A stretch of 64,000 bases of DNA from the sequence record NZ_CP069608.1; one strand, given 5' to 3'. Source of the stretch: a plasmid. Position 1 is the stretch's first letter; each line of letters opens with the position of its first letter. The translations under genes were made by a program, and so were the position numbers. This document shows positions 1 to 8,476 of this stretch, piece by piece. The notes beneath the pieces were generated by a model. That model did not search any database. It had not been told where the DNA came from and saw only the letters and a program-made list of their open reading frames with translations.

Positions 1-361
1 CATAAATTGCTTCAAGCATTGACTTTACAATTGCTTGCACAAGTTTATCCTCCATAGAAGGTATACCTAATGGGCGTTTACCACCTTTAGCTTTCGGTCT
101 ATAGACTCTTTTAACTGGCATTGGCTTATAAGTGTGATTTTTAAGGCTTTCAATCAGTGAATTTATTTTTTCCAAGCTCATTCCATCGATTGTTTTACCG
201 TCAACTCCACTAGTCATATTACCTTCGTTAGGATGCATTTTATTATATACATCAAGGTAAAAATCTATATTGTACAAGTTACGATATAATCTTTGGAATT
301 TATAGTTAGGATTTCCTGCGTGTTTGATTAGATTGTCTAATACTATCGCTGGACTTCTCAT
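1..361 (-). CDS. Group II intron-encoded reverse transcriptase/maturase, N-terminal part (truncated by window edge)
   Basis: Translation MRSPAIVLDNLIKHAGNPNYKFQRLYRNLYNIDFYLDVY...YKPMPVKRVYRPKAKGGKRPLGIPSMEDKLVQAIVKSMLEAIY matches the RT0-RT1 region of LtrA-like IEPs. A GGTG RBS lies upstream. Confidence 0.8.
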   Translation of the reverse strand, partial: MRSPAIVLDNLIKHAGNPNYKFQRLYRNLYNIDFYLDVYNKMHPNEGNMTSGVDGKTIDGMSLEKINSLIESLKNHTYKPMPVKRVYRPKAKGGKRPLGIPSMEDKLVQAIVKSMLEAIY

Positions 362-957
362 AGTGTCTCTCACACCTTTCCGCAATTTGTATTAGTACCA
401 AGTAAGCTGCTCCCCTTCGCCATGTAGTAGGCTTTCCCTACCTCGGACTACTACGGGAACTCTGTTGCCATATCGAATTTTCATGAGCCACATACCTCGC
501 TTTTTACACTTGGTATCATCCTCAATAGCCTAATATATAGGCGCTTCAACTTAGGCAATCCCCATTTAGTACAATTAAGTATGGCTTGATATAGTGTCGG
601 ATGTGACTTTCAGCCTTTACTTCCTTATTGGTATGAGTAGATAGGATTCACTGATAAAACACATGACCGGCTTATTTTATCCACTATCTAAGTGACGTTT
701 CAATCATCTTTCGTCACTGGAGACGCTATTCCCTCTCGGCTTATCATTCAAGCAGTATAGCTTTCATCCTCGTCTATATCCTTTTGTCTTGCCTTTCGTC
801 TTCACTTTTGATGATTAAGTGGATTAAGGCTTTATCACCATGCTGCGGTCCCCAACCTTGTTTCCAAGATTAAGTAAGGTGTTGACAACAAGCTTATTGT
901 GAATTTCAGCTTGCAACTTTGCCAGAGTTGAATACTTAATTGCCCTTATGGGCGCAC
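1..957 (-). mobile_element. Group II intron, 5' portion (domains I-III plus start of the RT ORF); 5' splice site GUGCGCCC at 957; continues beyond the window start
   Basis: Minus strand reads GTGCGCCCATAAGGGCAATTAAG, close to the Ll.LtrB-type intron start. The roughly 600 nt before the IEP ORF are rich in GAAA tetraloop motifs. The RT/maturase ORF starts at 361. Confidence 0.8.
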
Positions 958-1035
958 TGTCATCCCATCTGCGGCTCCCAGTGTTAAATGAGAGGTTAAC
1001 TGTGTCACATCTACGCTATTCAATAAATCTAACAT
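958..1035 (-). CDS. 5' exon of intron-interrupted ORF (26 codons: MLDLLNSVDVTQLTSHLTLGAADGMT), ending exactly at the intron 5' splice site
   Basis: AGGAGTG RBS then ATG at 1035. The ORF runs in frame up to the GUGCG at 957 and the exon ends on a codon boundary. The rest of the gene must lie beyond the intron, outside the window. Confidence 0.4.
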
Positions 1036-1056
1036 GTCTTTCACTCCTCTTATTTG

Positions 1057-1305
1057 TTAATTTTGCATTGCTGGAATACTTGTTGGCTTTACAGAAACTT
1101 GTTCATTTTCCTTTGGTTCGCTTTTCTCCTCCTCTTCTCCTTGGCCTGTAAAAGCACTCAATGCTTGAAGAATTAAATCTTGATTTTCTTCAATGAACTG
1201 TTGATGCTGTTGGTGAAGCCAATCGTTGTATTTTTGGTCATTAACTTTCAACAACTTCTCGACCAGATCCTTTGACTTCTTTACATCTTTTTGCGAAACG
1301 GTCAT
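1057..1305 (-). CDS. Hypothetical acidic protein (~82 aa); start at internal Met with strong GGTGGTGA RBS
   Basis: ORF track 1057..1386; an RBS precedes the MTVSQKD start. Confidence 0.45.
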   Translation of the reverse strand: MTVSQKDVKKSKDLVEKLLKVNDQKYNDWLHQQHQQFIEENQDLILQALSAFTGQGEEEEKSEPKENEQVSVKPTSIPAMQN

Positions 1306-1333
1306 CTTATCACCACCTTCCAAGGGAAAACAT

Positions 1334-1801
1334 TTATTCTTCAAAGTACAGTTCTTTTGATGTTCCAATGAAATGAGATAATTCACCCTCTAATTCAGAT
1401 GGATCATATTCATCAAGCTTAATCTGTTGTTTCAATTCTCCATTCTTATAAGCAGCTAATGTGTCAGTATCCTGTTGTAAACCATAATAAGTTTGGCTCT
1501 TTTTTTGATTGTAAAGAGGATCATAACTGTAAATCTCTTTAGCATCTACATCATTTTCCTTTAACGCCTTTTGCACTTCATTCATGTAAACTACACGTTT
1601 TTCCTCATCGAACGAACACATCACAAATCCCGTACCATCTTCTTTCATGAACTTTTTCATTTCAAGAGGTTTTAATTCTTCTAGCTGACCATTTCCTTGT
1701 ACTGGACTTGAATTCTGAGAAGAGATTGCTGCCGTTCCAATTCCTAATGCAACGACAATCCCTGCGGCTGCCGCCATGATTTTTTGTTTACGATTCATCA
1801 T
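1334..1801 (-). CDS. Hypothetical secreted/lipoprotein-like protein (N-terminal signal peptide)
   Basis: Hydrophobic N-terminus AAAAGIVVALGIGTAAIS; no recognisable domain. Confidence 0.55.
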   Translation of the reverse strand: MMNRKQKIMAAAAGIVVALGIGTAAISSQNSSPVQGNGQLEELKPLEMKKFMKEDGTGFVMCSFDEEKRVVYMNEVQKALKENDVDAKEIYSYDPLYNQKKSQTYYGLQQDTDTLAAYKNGELKQQIKLDEYDPSELEGELSHFIGTSKELYFEE

Positions 1802-2286
1802 TCATTCTCCTTTATTCTTAATATTCAGACATAACAAGCGATTCTGAAACCTACCGAGAGGTATTCATAGTTTATCATACATGTTGGCATCTACTCTGTC
1901 TTTTCAAGTACTAAAAGGAAATATATACCCATTTCTGGCTGGAAGGGCAAACCCTATATTGGCATGCATAGTTTTCACTAAGCCCAATAATGCACAACGT
2001 TTTCGGCATGTACGAAGAACCTCGTGTATCTACTGCTTGGAGTGTCGTCGCTTCGTCGGAATTACCCTCACGCCATCACTCTTCACAGATCGTGGATACA
2101 CCGTCACTGTTTTGTTGCTAGATCACCAATGAGTTTTAGGACGCACTCATCGAACCTTTCTTTTTAACCGTATACCTTGACCCCCTTGTGATCCGTTTAG
2201 GGGAGGCACGCAATATGAAGTTGTCTAGGTTCCATTCCTCGTGCTCTCGGCACGTTTCAAAATCGCTTGTCTGTTTGGTTTAAGAA
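1802..2286. other. GC-enriched non-coding region with local hairpins (e.g. CGTGC-CGAGA-GCACG); possible structured RNA or intron remnant; identity unknown
   Basis: No convincing ORF in six frames. GC content is clearly above the flanks. The minus strand contains GTGCGTCC at 2146. Confidence 0.2.
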
Positions 2287-2541
2287 TTAAGAACTTTTTT
2301 GAATCACTTCTGTTAATTCTTCTTCTCTTTTTCTTCGCTTGGCGACGATGGTATGAGACTGATCCATCACTGAGCGTACGTCATAATAGATATCAGCTAC
2401 ACTCTTAATGTCGCCCGTTCCATTGTCAACAGCTATACCACCTTTTAAGCTGTATGTTCTTCCATCAAAGGTTTTGGCACTTTTCGCCCGTGCGTCTGAT
2501 ATATCATAGAATGCTAGTCGCTTTTGTGCTTCCATGTTCAT
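2287..2541 (-). CDS. Hypothetical small protein (84 aa), co-directional and downstream of the XRE regulator
   Basis: ORF only. Confidence 0.4.
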   Translation of the reverse strand: MNMEAQKRLAFYDISDARAKSAKTFDGRTYSLKGGIAVDNGTGDIKSVADIYYDVRSVMDQSHTIVAKRRKREEELTEVIQKSS

Positions 2542-2574
2542 CTCGCCCCTTTTAACCGTTAAGTATTATTAAAA

Positions 2575-2790
2575 TCACTTCATATCCTTATGATTCGGTA
2601 AGAAAATATCTTCTAATCTAAGATCCAATGCCTCTGCAATCTTCTTCATATTTTCAAACGTTGGATATTGACGAGTCCCATTTTCGATTTGAGAAATAGT
2701 AGGTTGCGGGACTCCCGACAGTTGAGCTAGATAGGTTTGACTCCACTTTTTCTCCAACCTCTTTTCTTTTATGGTCTTTATTTCCAGCAC
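2575..2790 (-). CDS. XRE-family HTH transcriptional regulator (Cro/CI-type)
   Basis: SQTYLAQLSGVPQPTISQIENGTR HTH motif. Confidence 0.7.
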   Translation of the reverse strand: MLEIKTIKEKRLEKKWSQTYLAQLSGVPQPTISQIENGTRQYPTFENMKKIAEALDLRLEDIFLPNHKDMK

Positions 2791-2934
2791 CTCCTTGATT
2801 ACATTATATTCGTTATCGACTAAGTTGTAAACATTTTTTATTGAAATAAATTTAAATTTTTACGGTTAATTTCACAATAACTATTTATTTTGATAAAATT
2901 AATAAATAAATCTAAGGAAAGTAGATAGATAATT

Positions 2935-3345
2935 ATGGATGAGCTAAAAAAATATATTGGTACAAAAATCAAAGAGTATCGTAAAAGCCTAGGTATGACC
3001 ACCATTGAATTAGGCAAGTTATCTAACACTTCTCAGACTACTATTAGTGCTATTGAACGCGGAACGAGATTTGGCACATTTGAATCAATGCTAAAGATCT
3101 GTGAAGTATTAGGCATTACCCTTTACGACATATTACCTTCTGAGCAAAGTGAAAATTTAAATGTTCCTCAGATTCATAATGAACGCATCGCACTTATATT
3201 AGATAGGTTATCTTCTGAAGATATTGAAGTAACAGAAACTCTTGTTATAAACGATATGTCGCTCTTAAGAACACTGAATAAATTAACCCCTAATCAGAAA
3301 AGACATTTATCCAATCACCTAAATTCGATAATAAATAATGATTGA
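2935..3345 (+). CDS. XRE-family HTH regulator with C-terminal extension, divergent from 2575..2790
   Basis: LGMTTIELGKLSNTSQTTISAIERGTR HTH motif. Confidence 0.7.
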   Translation: MDELKKYIGTKIKEYRKSLGMTTIELGKLSNTSQTTISAIERGTRFGTFESMLKICEVLGITLYDILPSEQSENLNVPQIHNERIALILDRLSSEDIEVTETLVINDMSLLRTLNKLTPNQKRHLSNHLNSIINND

Positions 3346-3477
3346 TTATGTAATTTAAATGTTACAGGACTTAATACTTTTAAGGGAGGGTCAAAAAAAT
3401 ACCCCTCCTCAAACAAGCATAAGTGTAGTATAATATTTAACCTTCTTTTATAGATTGTGGTTCTCCAAAACATAAAA

Positions 3478-3538
3478 AAAGCAAAATGCAATGAAAAATT
3501 AGCTACAAACTAACTTCTCATTGCATTTTGCTTTTTAT
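3478..3538. terminator. Long hairpin (16-bp stem AAGCAAAATGCAATGA / TCATTGCATTTTGCTT) flanked by A/T runs; likely bidirectional terminator
   Basis: Seen in sequence; overlaps the stop of the response regulator. Confidence 0.5.
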
Positions 3539-4105
3539 AATTCGTAATTGTCTTTTTATTGTTTCGACAGATTTATATAATTTGTCAGCGATTTGTGATT
3601 TATTTAACCCTTGTTCTTTTAAGGTATAAACTTCACGTTCTGTTGGTGTTAATATCTTTACTTTTCTTTCTTTCCTTAATTCTCCAACCAATAAATTTGT
3701 AACATCAGCATGGAGACTAACTTTTCCTCTAAACGCTTCTCTAATAGCGTTAGGGATATCTCTATAAGATGTTTTCGTTATGTAATTAACAACCCCTGTA
3801 TCAAAGCATTCAAGTATAATATCCTTTTCATCCCAAGAGGTTAGCATAATAGTTTTCTTTAGACCTTTTTTATATAAATGTCTAGCGACTTCAAGACCAC
3901 TTAGGTTTTCTTCGTCACCCTCATCTTTTAATAACGTTAAATCCAATAAAACTACATCAATATTATTATAATCAACTTGTAAGGCTTCTTCTTTGTTGTA
4001 AGCTTGTTTAACAACAATGATATCGTTCTCTTTTTCTATATAATCACTTATACATTGCATCCAAACAGGATCATCTTCTACAATCATTAATTTTATTTTG
4101 TCCAT
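3518..4105 (-). CDS. Response regulator, NarL/LuxR family (REC + LuxR HTH)
   Basis: IVEDDP...DVVLLDL receiver domain; C-terminal LTPTEREVYTLKEQGLNKSQIADKL...ETIKRQL. Confidence 0.85.
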   Translation of the reverse strand: MDKIKLMIVEDDPVWMQCISDYIEKENDIIVVKQAYNKEEALQVDYNNIDVVLLDLTLLKDEGDEENLSGLEVARHLYKKGLKKTIMLTSWDEKDIILECFDTGVVNYITKTSYRDIPNAIREAFRGKVSLHADVTNLLVGELRKERKVKILTPTEREVYTLKEQGLNKSQIADKLYKSVETIKRQLRIIKSKMQ

Positions 4106-5487
4106 TGGCTATTCTCTCCTATTAGTTTAGAGTTAGATTGTTCATTTACCCTAAATTCAATAATTCTCTTGGAAGGCAAAGTTAATGTAAAAGTTGTTCC
4201 TTTTTTAACTTTACTTTTTACCAAAATATCGCCACCATGTTTTTTGAGGACATTGTAACAATAGGTTAAGCCAAGTCCAAAATTTGTTTGATTATGTTTA
4301 GTTGAATAAAATGGATCTAACACGTGAGTAAGTTCATCTTTTTCGATCCCTTTACCCTCATCAATAAAGTCAATATGAATCTTCTTTCGAGTTTTGTAGA
4401 CTTTTATTAAAATTACACCTTGACCATTCATTGCCTCACTGGCATTTTTGATTATATTTAAATAAGTTTCTTGTAATTGTTCGGTATCACCAAAGACTAT
4501 AGCATCAACTTCATATTGTTTAATGATTTTGATACCGGGATTCATATTTAAATAAGGTTTAAGCAAGATAATTGCTGAATCTATACTTTCTCTGAGGGAA
4601 AATTCAGATTCTTTAAGGTTTATAACATCTAACTTACTTTGAATACGCCTTGAAAGTTCTAAAACGTGATTTGTTGAATTTAAAACTAACCCTAGATTTT
4701 CAGCAGACCTTTCTTCAGGTGGAATTTGTTCTTTGATCTGATTCACTAATAAATCAATTTTAGCTATTTCATTTTTTATTGTATGGTTGAACAACGCTGT
4801 ACCAGAACGCGCTGCTTTCATTGTGGAATCACGCATTTCTTTTTCAAACCTAATCCGCACTCCAAGAATTCCATATTTAACTCCAAAGTAAACAAATACA
4901 AGAAATTGGATTACAATAACCCAAGGATTATAATGCCATACGCCCACAATCCCCAACGCTTCTAAGATAATATTTGTAGTCAGTGCAAATGTAAACATTG
5001 GAACTACAAATACACAAGTCAATATTTTTCTTCTTTTAATAATTGGACGATCTTCCCGCCATGCGGAGTATATCAATAAAATATTAGCTGCTATCACATA
5101 TGGTACTACCCAAATCGCTAAAATACGAAAATCAACTCTAAACTCTGGGTATACTTGAAACATAGGATACATAATGAAGACCGGAATTAGTAAAAGCAGC
5201 TTTACTAAATTTCTCTTTCGTTCATTACCAATGGCATCTGAATAAACTATTCCAAAAATCAACATACCATATGGAGTGAAATAGTGTCCTATTGACGTAA
5301 ATATCCCATCCAAGTGTAATACCCACTCTGGCCGTTGTATGCCTTTTCCTAGTAAAGCTCCTATCCCTCCAAAGCCACCACAAAACCCTATAACACTTGC
5401 CCATCTAATTTTCTCATTTTGAGGATTTCTAAAAAAGAGAATTGAACTCATTAACCACAGTAAAGCCACCATTATAAACATAAACAT
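4093..5487 (-). CDS. Membrane sensor histidine kinase (about 6 TM N-terminal sensor + HATPase)
   Basis: Multi-TM N-terminus; H-box FNHTIKNEIAKI; N/G boxes NASEAM...GLGLTYCYNVLKKHGGDI; 4-nt overlap with the RR gene. Confidence 0.8.
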   Translation of the reverse strand: MFMFIMVALLWLMSSILFFRNPQNEKIRWASVIGFCGGFGGIGALLGKGIQRPEWVLHLDGIFTSIGHYFTPYGMLIFGIVYSDAIGNERKRNLVKLLLLIPVFIMYPMFQVYPEFRVDFRILAIWVVPYVIAANILLIYSAWREDRPIIKRRKILTCVFVVPMFTFALTTNIILEALGIVGVWHYNPWVIVIQFLVFVYFGVKYGILGVRIRFEKEMRDSTMKAARSGTALFNHTIKNEIAKIDLLVNQIKEQIPPEERSAENLGLVLNSTNHVLELSRRIQSKLDVINLKESEFSLRESIDSAIILLKPYLNMNPGIKIIKQYEVDAIVFGDTEQLQETYLNIIKNASEAMNGQGVILIKVYKTRKKIHIDFIDEGKGIEKDELTHVLDPFYSTKHNQTNFGLGLTYCYNVLKKHGGDILVKSKVKKGTTFTLTLPSKRIIEFRVNEQSNSKLIGENSQWTK

Positions 5488-5494
5488 ATGTCCA

Positions 5495-6475
5495 TTACCT
5501 CTTTAGCTTATTTTGTAGAAACGAAATGGTATCCTTTGCAATTTTTTTTCGTTTAAGAACTATTCCTGCATGTCCACAATTGTAGACATACCGTGTAGGT
5601 TTCCCCCAAGATTCCCATAACAGATCTGCATCTTGAATGTGAACGTACTGATCGTGTTTAGCAGAAATCAGTAGTATATTATCTTTATTCATTTTTGGAA
5701 TGGCTTGATTTGGCTCGGTTAATTCCCAATATTTCACTAAATCGTTGTAATTCACACCATGAGACTCTAAGTCTTGTCTTATATACTTACCAGGAATCGT
5801 ATTCCATATCGAATAACTAAGGCGATTAGAATAGAATATAGAAACTAATGCATCGATCTCTGACTCAAGTGTAGCAACTAAATTTGAGATAAAGCCACCA
5901 AGACTAACACCTATTATAATTACGGAACCTTGTTTGTTATTTTTTATCCATTGGATCAAAGCCCTTAGATCAACAATTGCCTGTCTAGTAGATTCAACAG
6001 TCCTATTGATATTGGCACTAACCATAAACTCCCCACTATAAAGTGATGCCTCTGGCTGACGTTCCAAGTGGTAAGGAAGAGTATAGTAGTACATATTCCA
6101 TCCTAAACTATTCATAATCGAATTATGAAAAATCTTCTTTACCCTATCGAATCCTTTCATTCGCCAACCATGTACAAAAATAACATTAGGCTTACTTTCA
6201 GCTTCATTTAAGTAAGCCTCTCCTCTTACATAGTCATTGGGATCATCCCCTGAAGGTATCAAACTTTCAAATCCAAATTCACCCATGCTATATCCTTTGT
6301 CTGTAGAAGTTATGTTCAAGCCAATATCTGAAAGTGATACTGGTACTTCAAAAAAAGTTTCTCTATCTATGTTTATTGGTATATGAGCAGAATCAATATA
6401 GTATTGATACTCCTCACTTCGGTCTTTATGCAAATCATTTAAAGCGTAATGATCTATAAGTTTCGAAAATAACAA
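5495..6475 (-). CDS. Alpha/beta hydrolase fold protein (GVSLGG nucleophile elbow)
   Basis: IFVHGW ... IIIGVSLGGFIS motif. Confidence 0.65.
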   Translation of the reverse strand: MLFSKLIDHYALNDLHKDRSEEYQYYIDSAHIPINIDRETFFEVPVSLSDIGLNITSTDKGYSMGEFGFESLIPSGDDPNDYVRGEAYLNEAESKPNVIFVHGWRMKGFDRVKKIFHNSIMNSLGWNMYYYTLPYHLERQPEASLYSGEFMVSANINRTVESTRQAIVDLRALIQWIKNNKQGSVIIIGVSLGGFISNLVATLESEIDALVSIFYSNRLSYSIWNTIPGKYIRQDLESHGVNYNDLVKYWELTEPNQAIPKMNKDNILLISAKHDQYVHIQDADLLWESWGKPTRYVYNCGHAGIVLKRKKIAKDTISFLQNKLKR

Positions 6476-6715
6476 ATTAATTTCTCCCTACGACCTAAAA
6501 ATTAGATATATTTTAGTTTTTTTGTTAAATTTTTGTACTCTTTTTCATGATATCAAACTTGTGTTCTGATTTACATGCACCCACATTCCTTTTATATCCA
6601 ATAATTAAGACCTAAATTATTGGATATTATTTGAATTATAGGTAATAAATTAAATATATATCATATATTTACCATTTAAAGAGATTCAAAATTCCTATAA
6701 CAGCCCTATATTCCC

Positions 6716-7012
6716 CTAAAAAATCCACATAAATATTCCAATTATTAATAACAAGCCAATAATAGGAGCTACTATACCTATTACCCCCAATAAAATATAA
6801 CCGAACAAATACAAGCCACATAAAATACAAAAAACTACTGCAACAATAATTAAAGCTGCTCCTATAAGCTGTAATAATAACCCTTTAAGCATAAATAAAA
6901 CCGTAAGAATTAAACCTAATATAAGAAAAGATATAAAGATTGGAATTGCATTATGCTTCAACAGCTTCATATAAACCCCTCCCCACTCCATTTCTGTAAT
7001 TATCCTTTTCAT
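6716..7012 (-). CDS. Small hydrophobic membrane protein
   Basis: Three predicted TM segments; ORF only. Confidence 0.4.
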   Translation of the reverse strand: MKRIITEMEWGGVYMKLLKHNAIPIFISFLILGLILTVLFMLKGLLLQLIGAALIIVAVVFCILCGLYLFGYILLGVIGIVAPIIGLLLIIGIFMWIF

Positions 7013-7261
7013 AAATTAAAATTAGCTGGTTCATCTTAAATTTAACTTTCTACCCTCAATTTTCCAATAGGGCCATTTTCACACACCAATAATAATAGAA
7101 AATGCAGCTCAAATTTATACTAAATGCTACATATATTATATTCTTTATACTTTACAGAGAGTGATTACCCTCATTTTCAGAGAATAGTGCTTCCTCTCTA
7201 TATTGTTTTGTGATTGACAAAACACAATATGCCTATATCTTTTTAAAAAAAGAGCCCTAGC

Positions 7262-7300
7262 TCACCTTAAGTTCACCTTTAGTTTAACTTAAGGTGAACT
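7262..7300. promoter_or_regulatory. Inverted repeat AAGTTCACCTT...AAGGTGAACT plus repeated CTCAC motifs upstream of the 7462 HTH gene; candidate operator
   Basis: Seen in sequence. Confidence 0.3.
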
Positions 7301-7461
7301 CACCCTAAAAACTCACGCAAACATATCACTCACCCACCATGGAGTTCAACTCGAAAGCGAATGAGTTTAACTAAAGCTCACTCACTCACGAAAGAAGGAT
7401 AATGCTTGTTTTTGTTGAATCTGTTAGAATAAGTGAGTGGTAAGCAAAAGGAGGTGATTGT

Positions 7462-8007
7462 GTGAGTGAATGGTTTACCGTACCTCAAATAAGCGAAAAA
7501 ACAGGTATTCCGCAACAAACATTACGAAGATACATAGCTTCTCATGCACATTTATTACGCATTAAAAAGGAACATAAAGCTTATCAACTTCATAAAGATT
7601 GTTTAGATGTACTAGCGAGAATACGTGAGTTATATGGGAATGGTAAAAATGCGGAAGAGGTAGACAAAATCCTTACATCACAAGGGGTTCCAGTAACTGT
7701 AGAGGTTGTGAGTGAGACTGGTGAGCAAGAGAGTGCAGAGCTGAGCGAAGTTGTGATGGACATAAAAAAAGCCTTAGATGAGCAAAAAGAGTTTAACAAG
7801 CAACTTTTAGAAAAATTTAAAGAACAAGAAGAACTATTAGTTTCTCAACAAAAGTACATTGATGAAAAGTTGAAGCAACGTGACGAGCAACTGATGTTAT
7901 CAATAAGGGAAGTGCAAGAAACAAAATTATTAGCATCTATTAGTAAAGAAGGTGTCAATACTGAAGAAAAAAAGGAGTCTTGGTTTACAAAGCTGTTTAA
8001 GAAGTAA
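7462..8007 (+). CDS. MerR-like N-terminal HTH + coiled-coil protein (GTG start)
   Basis: FTVPQISEKTGIPQQTLRRYI HTH; K/E-rich coiled coil; paralog of 10984..11457. Confidence 0.55.
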   Translation: MSEWFTVPQISEKTGIPQQTLRRYIASHAHLLRIKKEHKAYQLHKDCLDVLARIRELYGNGKNAEEVDKILTSQGVPVTVEVVSETGEQESAELSEVVMDIKKALDEQKEFNKQLLEKFKEQEELLVSQQKYIDEKLKQRDEQLMLSIREVQETKLLASISKEGVNTEEKKESWFTKLFKK

Positions 8008-8042
8008 AGTTGCACATTATACCACATAAAACGGAAATAGGG

Positions 8043-8075
8043 GAGGGGTAAAAAAATACCCCTCCCCAAATCTAT
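8043..8075. terminator. Rho-independent terminator hairpin GGGGAGGGGTA-AAAAAA-TACCCCTCCCC
   Basis: Perfect 11-bp GC stem; the same AAAAAAATACCCCTCC core recurs at 3385-3413. Confidence 0.6.
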
Positions 8076-8412
8076 TAAATTCATATATGATGAAGTTGAT
8101 TCCTCCAATAAACAGTGAAGGATCGATTGTAGCTAAATATACTTGTTTTGATATATTTTGCTATTTTTTATTGAATTTTGAGATGAGTTAACGCTATAAT
8201 AAAACTAACAAAAAGGTTCGGAATAGAAAAAAGACTTCAACTGTTTAAGAAGTGTTGGTCGCACTCTTAAACCGTTCCCCCTAAATCCGGTAGGGAAAAC
8301 ACTTGTCGAAGTCTCTTGTTAATAGATTCATTTTTTTATAAAATAAAACTTATGTTTTTATTTTATACGAAATTGACATCTATTTCAAGGGCTTAGTTCA
8401 TCAAAATCAAGG

Positions 8413-8450
8413 CATTGTTTTCCTTTCTCAAGGGAAACAGTGTCTTTTTT
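8413..8450 (+). promoter_or_regulatory. Hairpin (11-bp stem) + T7 tract immediately upstream of the Rep-like gene RBS; candidate transcription attenuator
   Basis: CATTGTTTTCC-tttctcaa-GGGAAACAGTG then TCTTTTTTTG, followed directly by the AAGGAG RBS. Confidence 0.35.
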
Positions 8451-8476
8451 TGTTCCTAAAAGGAGACGATGAACAA

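Noticed and set aside
948-1151. 67-aa + strand ORF
   Set aside because: Lies across the group II intron 5' end and the minus-strand exon 1; non-protein-like composition.
1881-2132. 83-aa + strand ORF in the GC-rich island
   Set aside because: No RBS; Cys/Arg-rich junk-like translation; the region looks non-coding or RNA-like.
2139-2290. glmS-ribozyme-like identification of the 1802-2286 region
   Set aside because: Only a short GATCACAAGGGGG resemblance; no glmS gene downstream and the conserved core is incomplete.
7590-8108. Two minus-strand ORFs (7590..7799, 7845..8108)
   Set aside because: Antisense to the well-supported HTH/coiled-coil gene and terminator; low-complexity S/T/F-rich translations.
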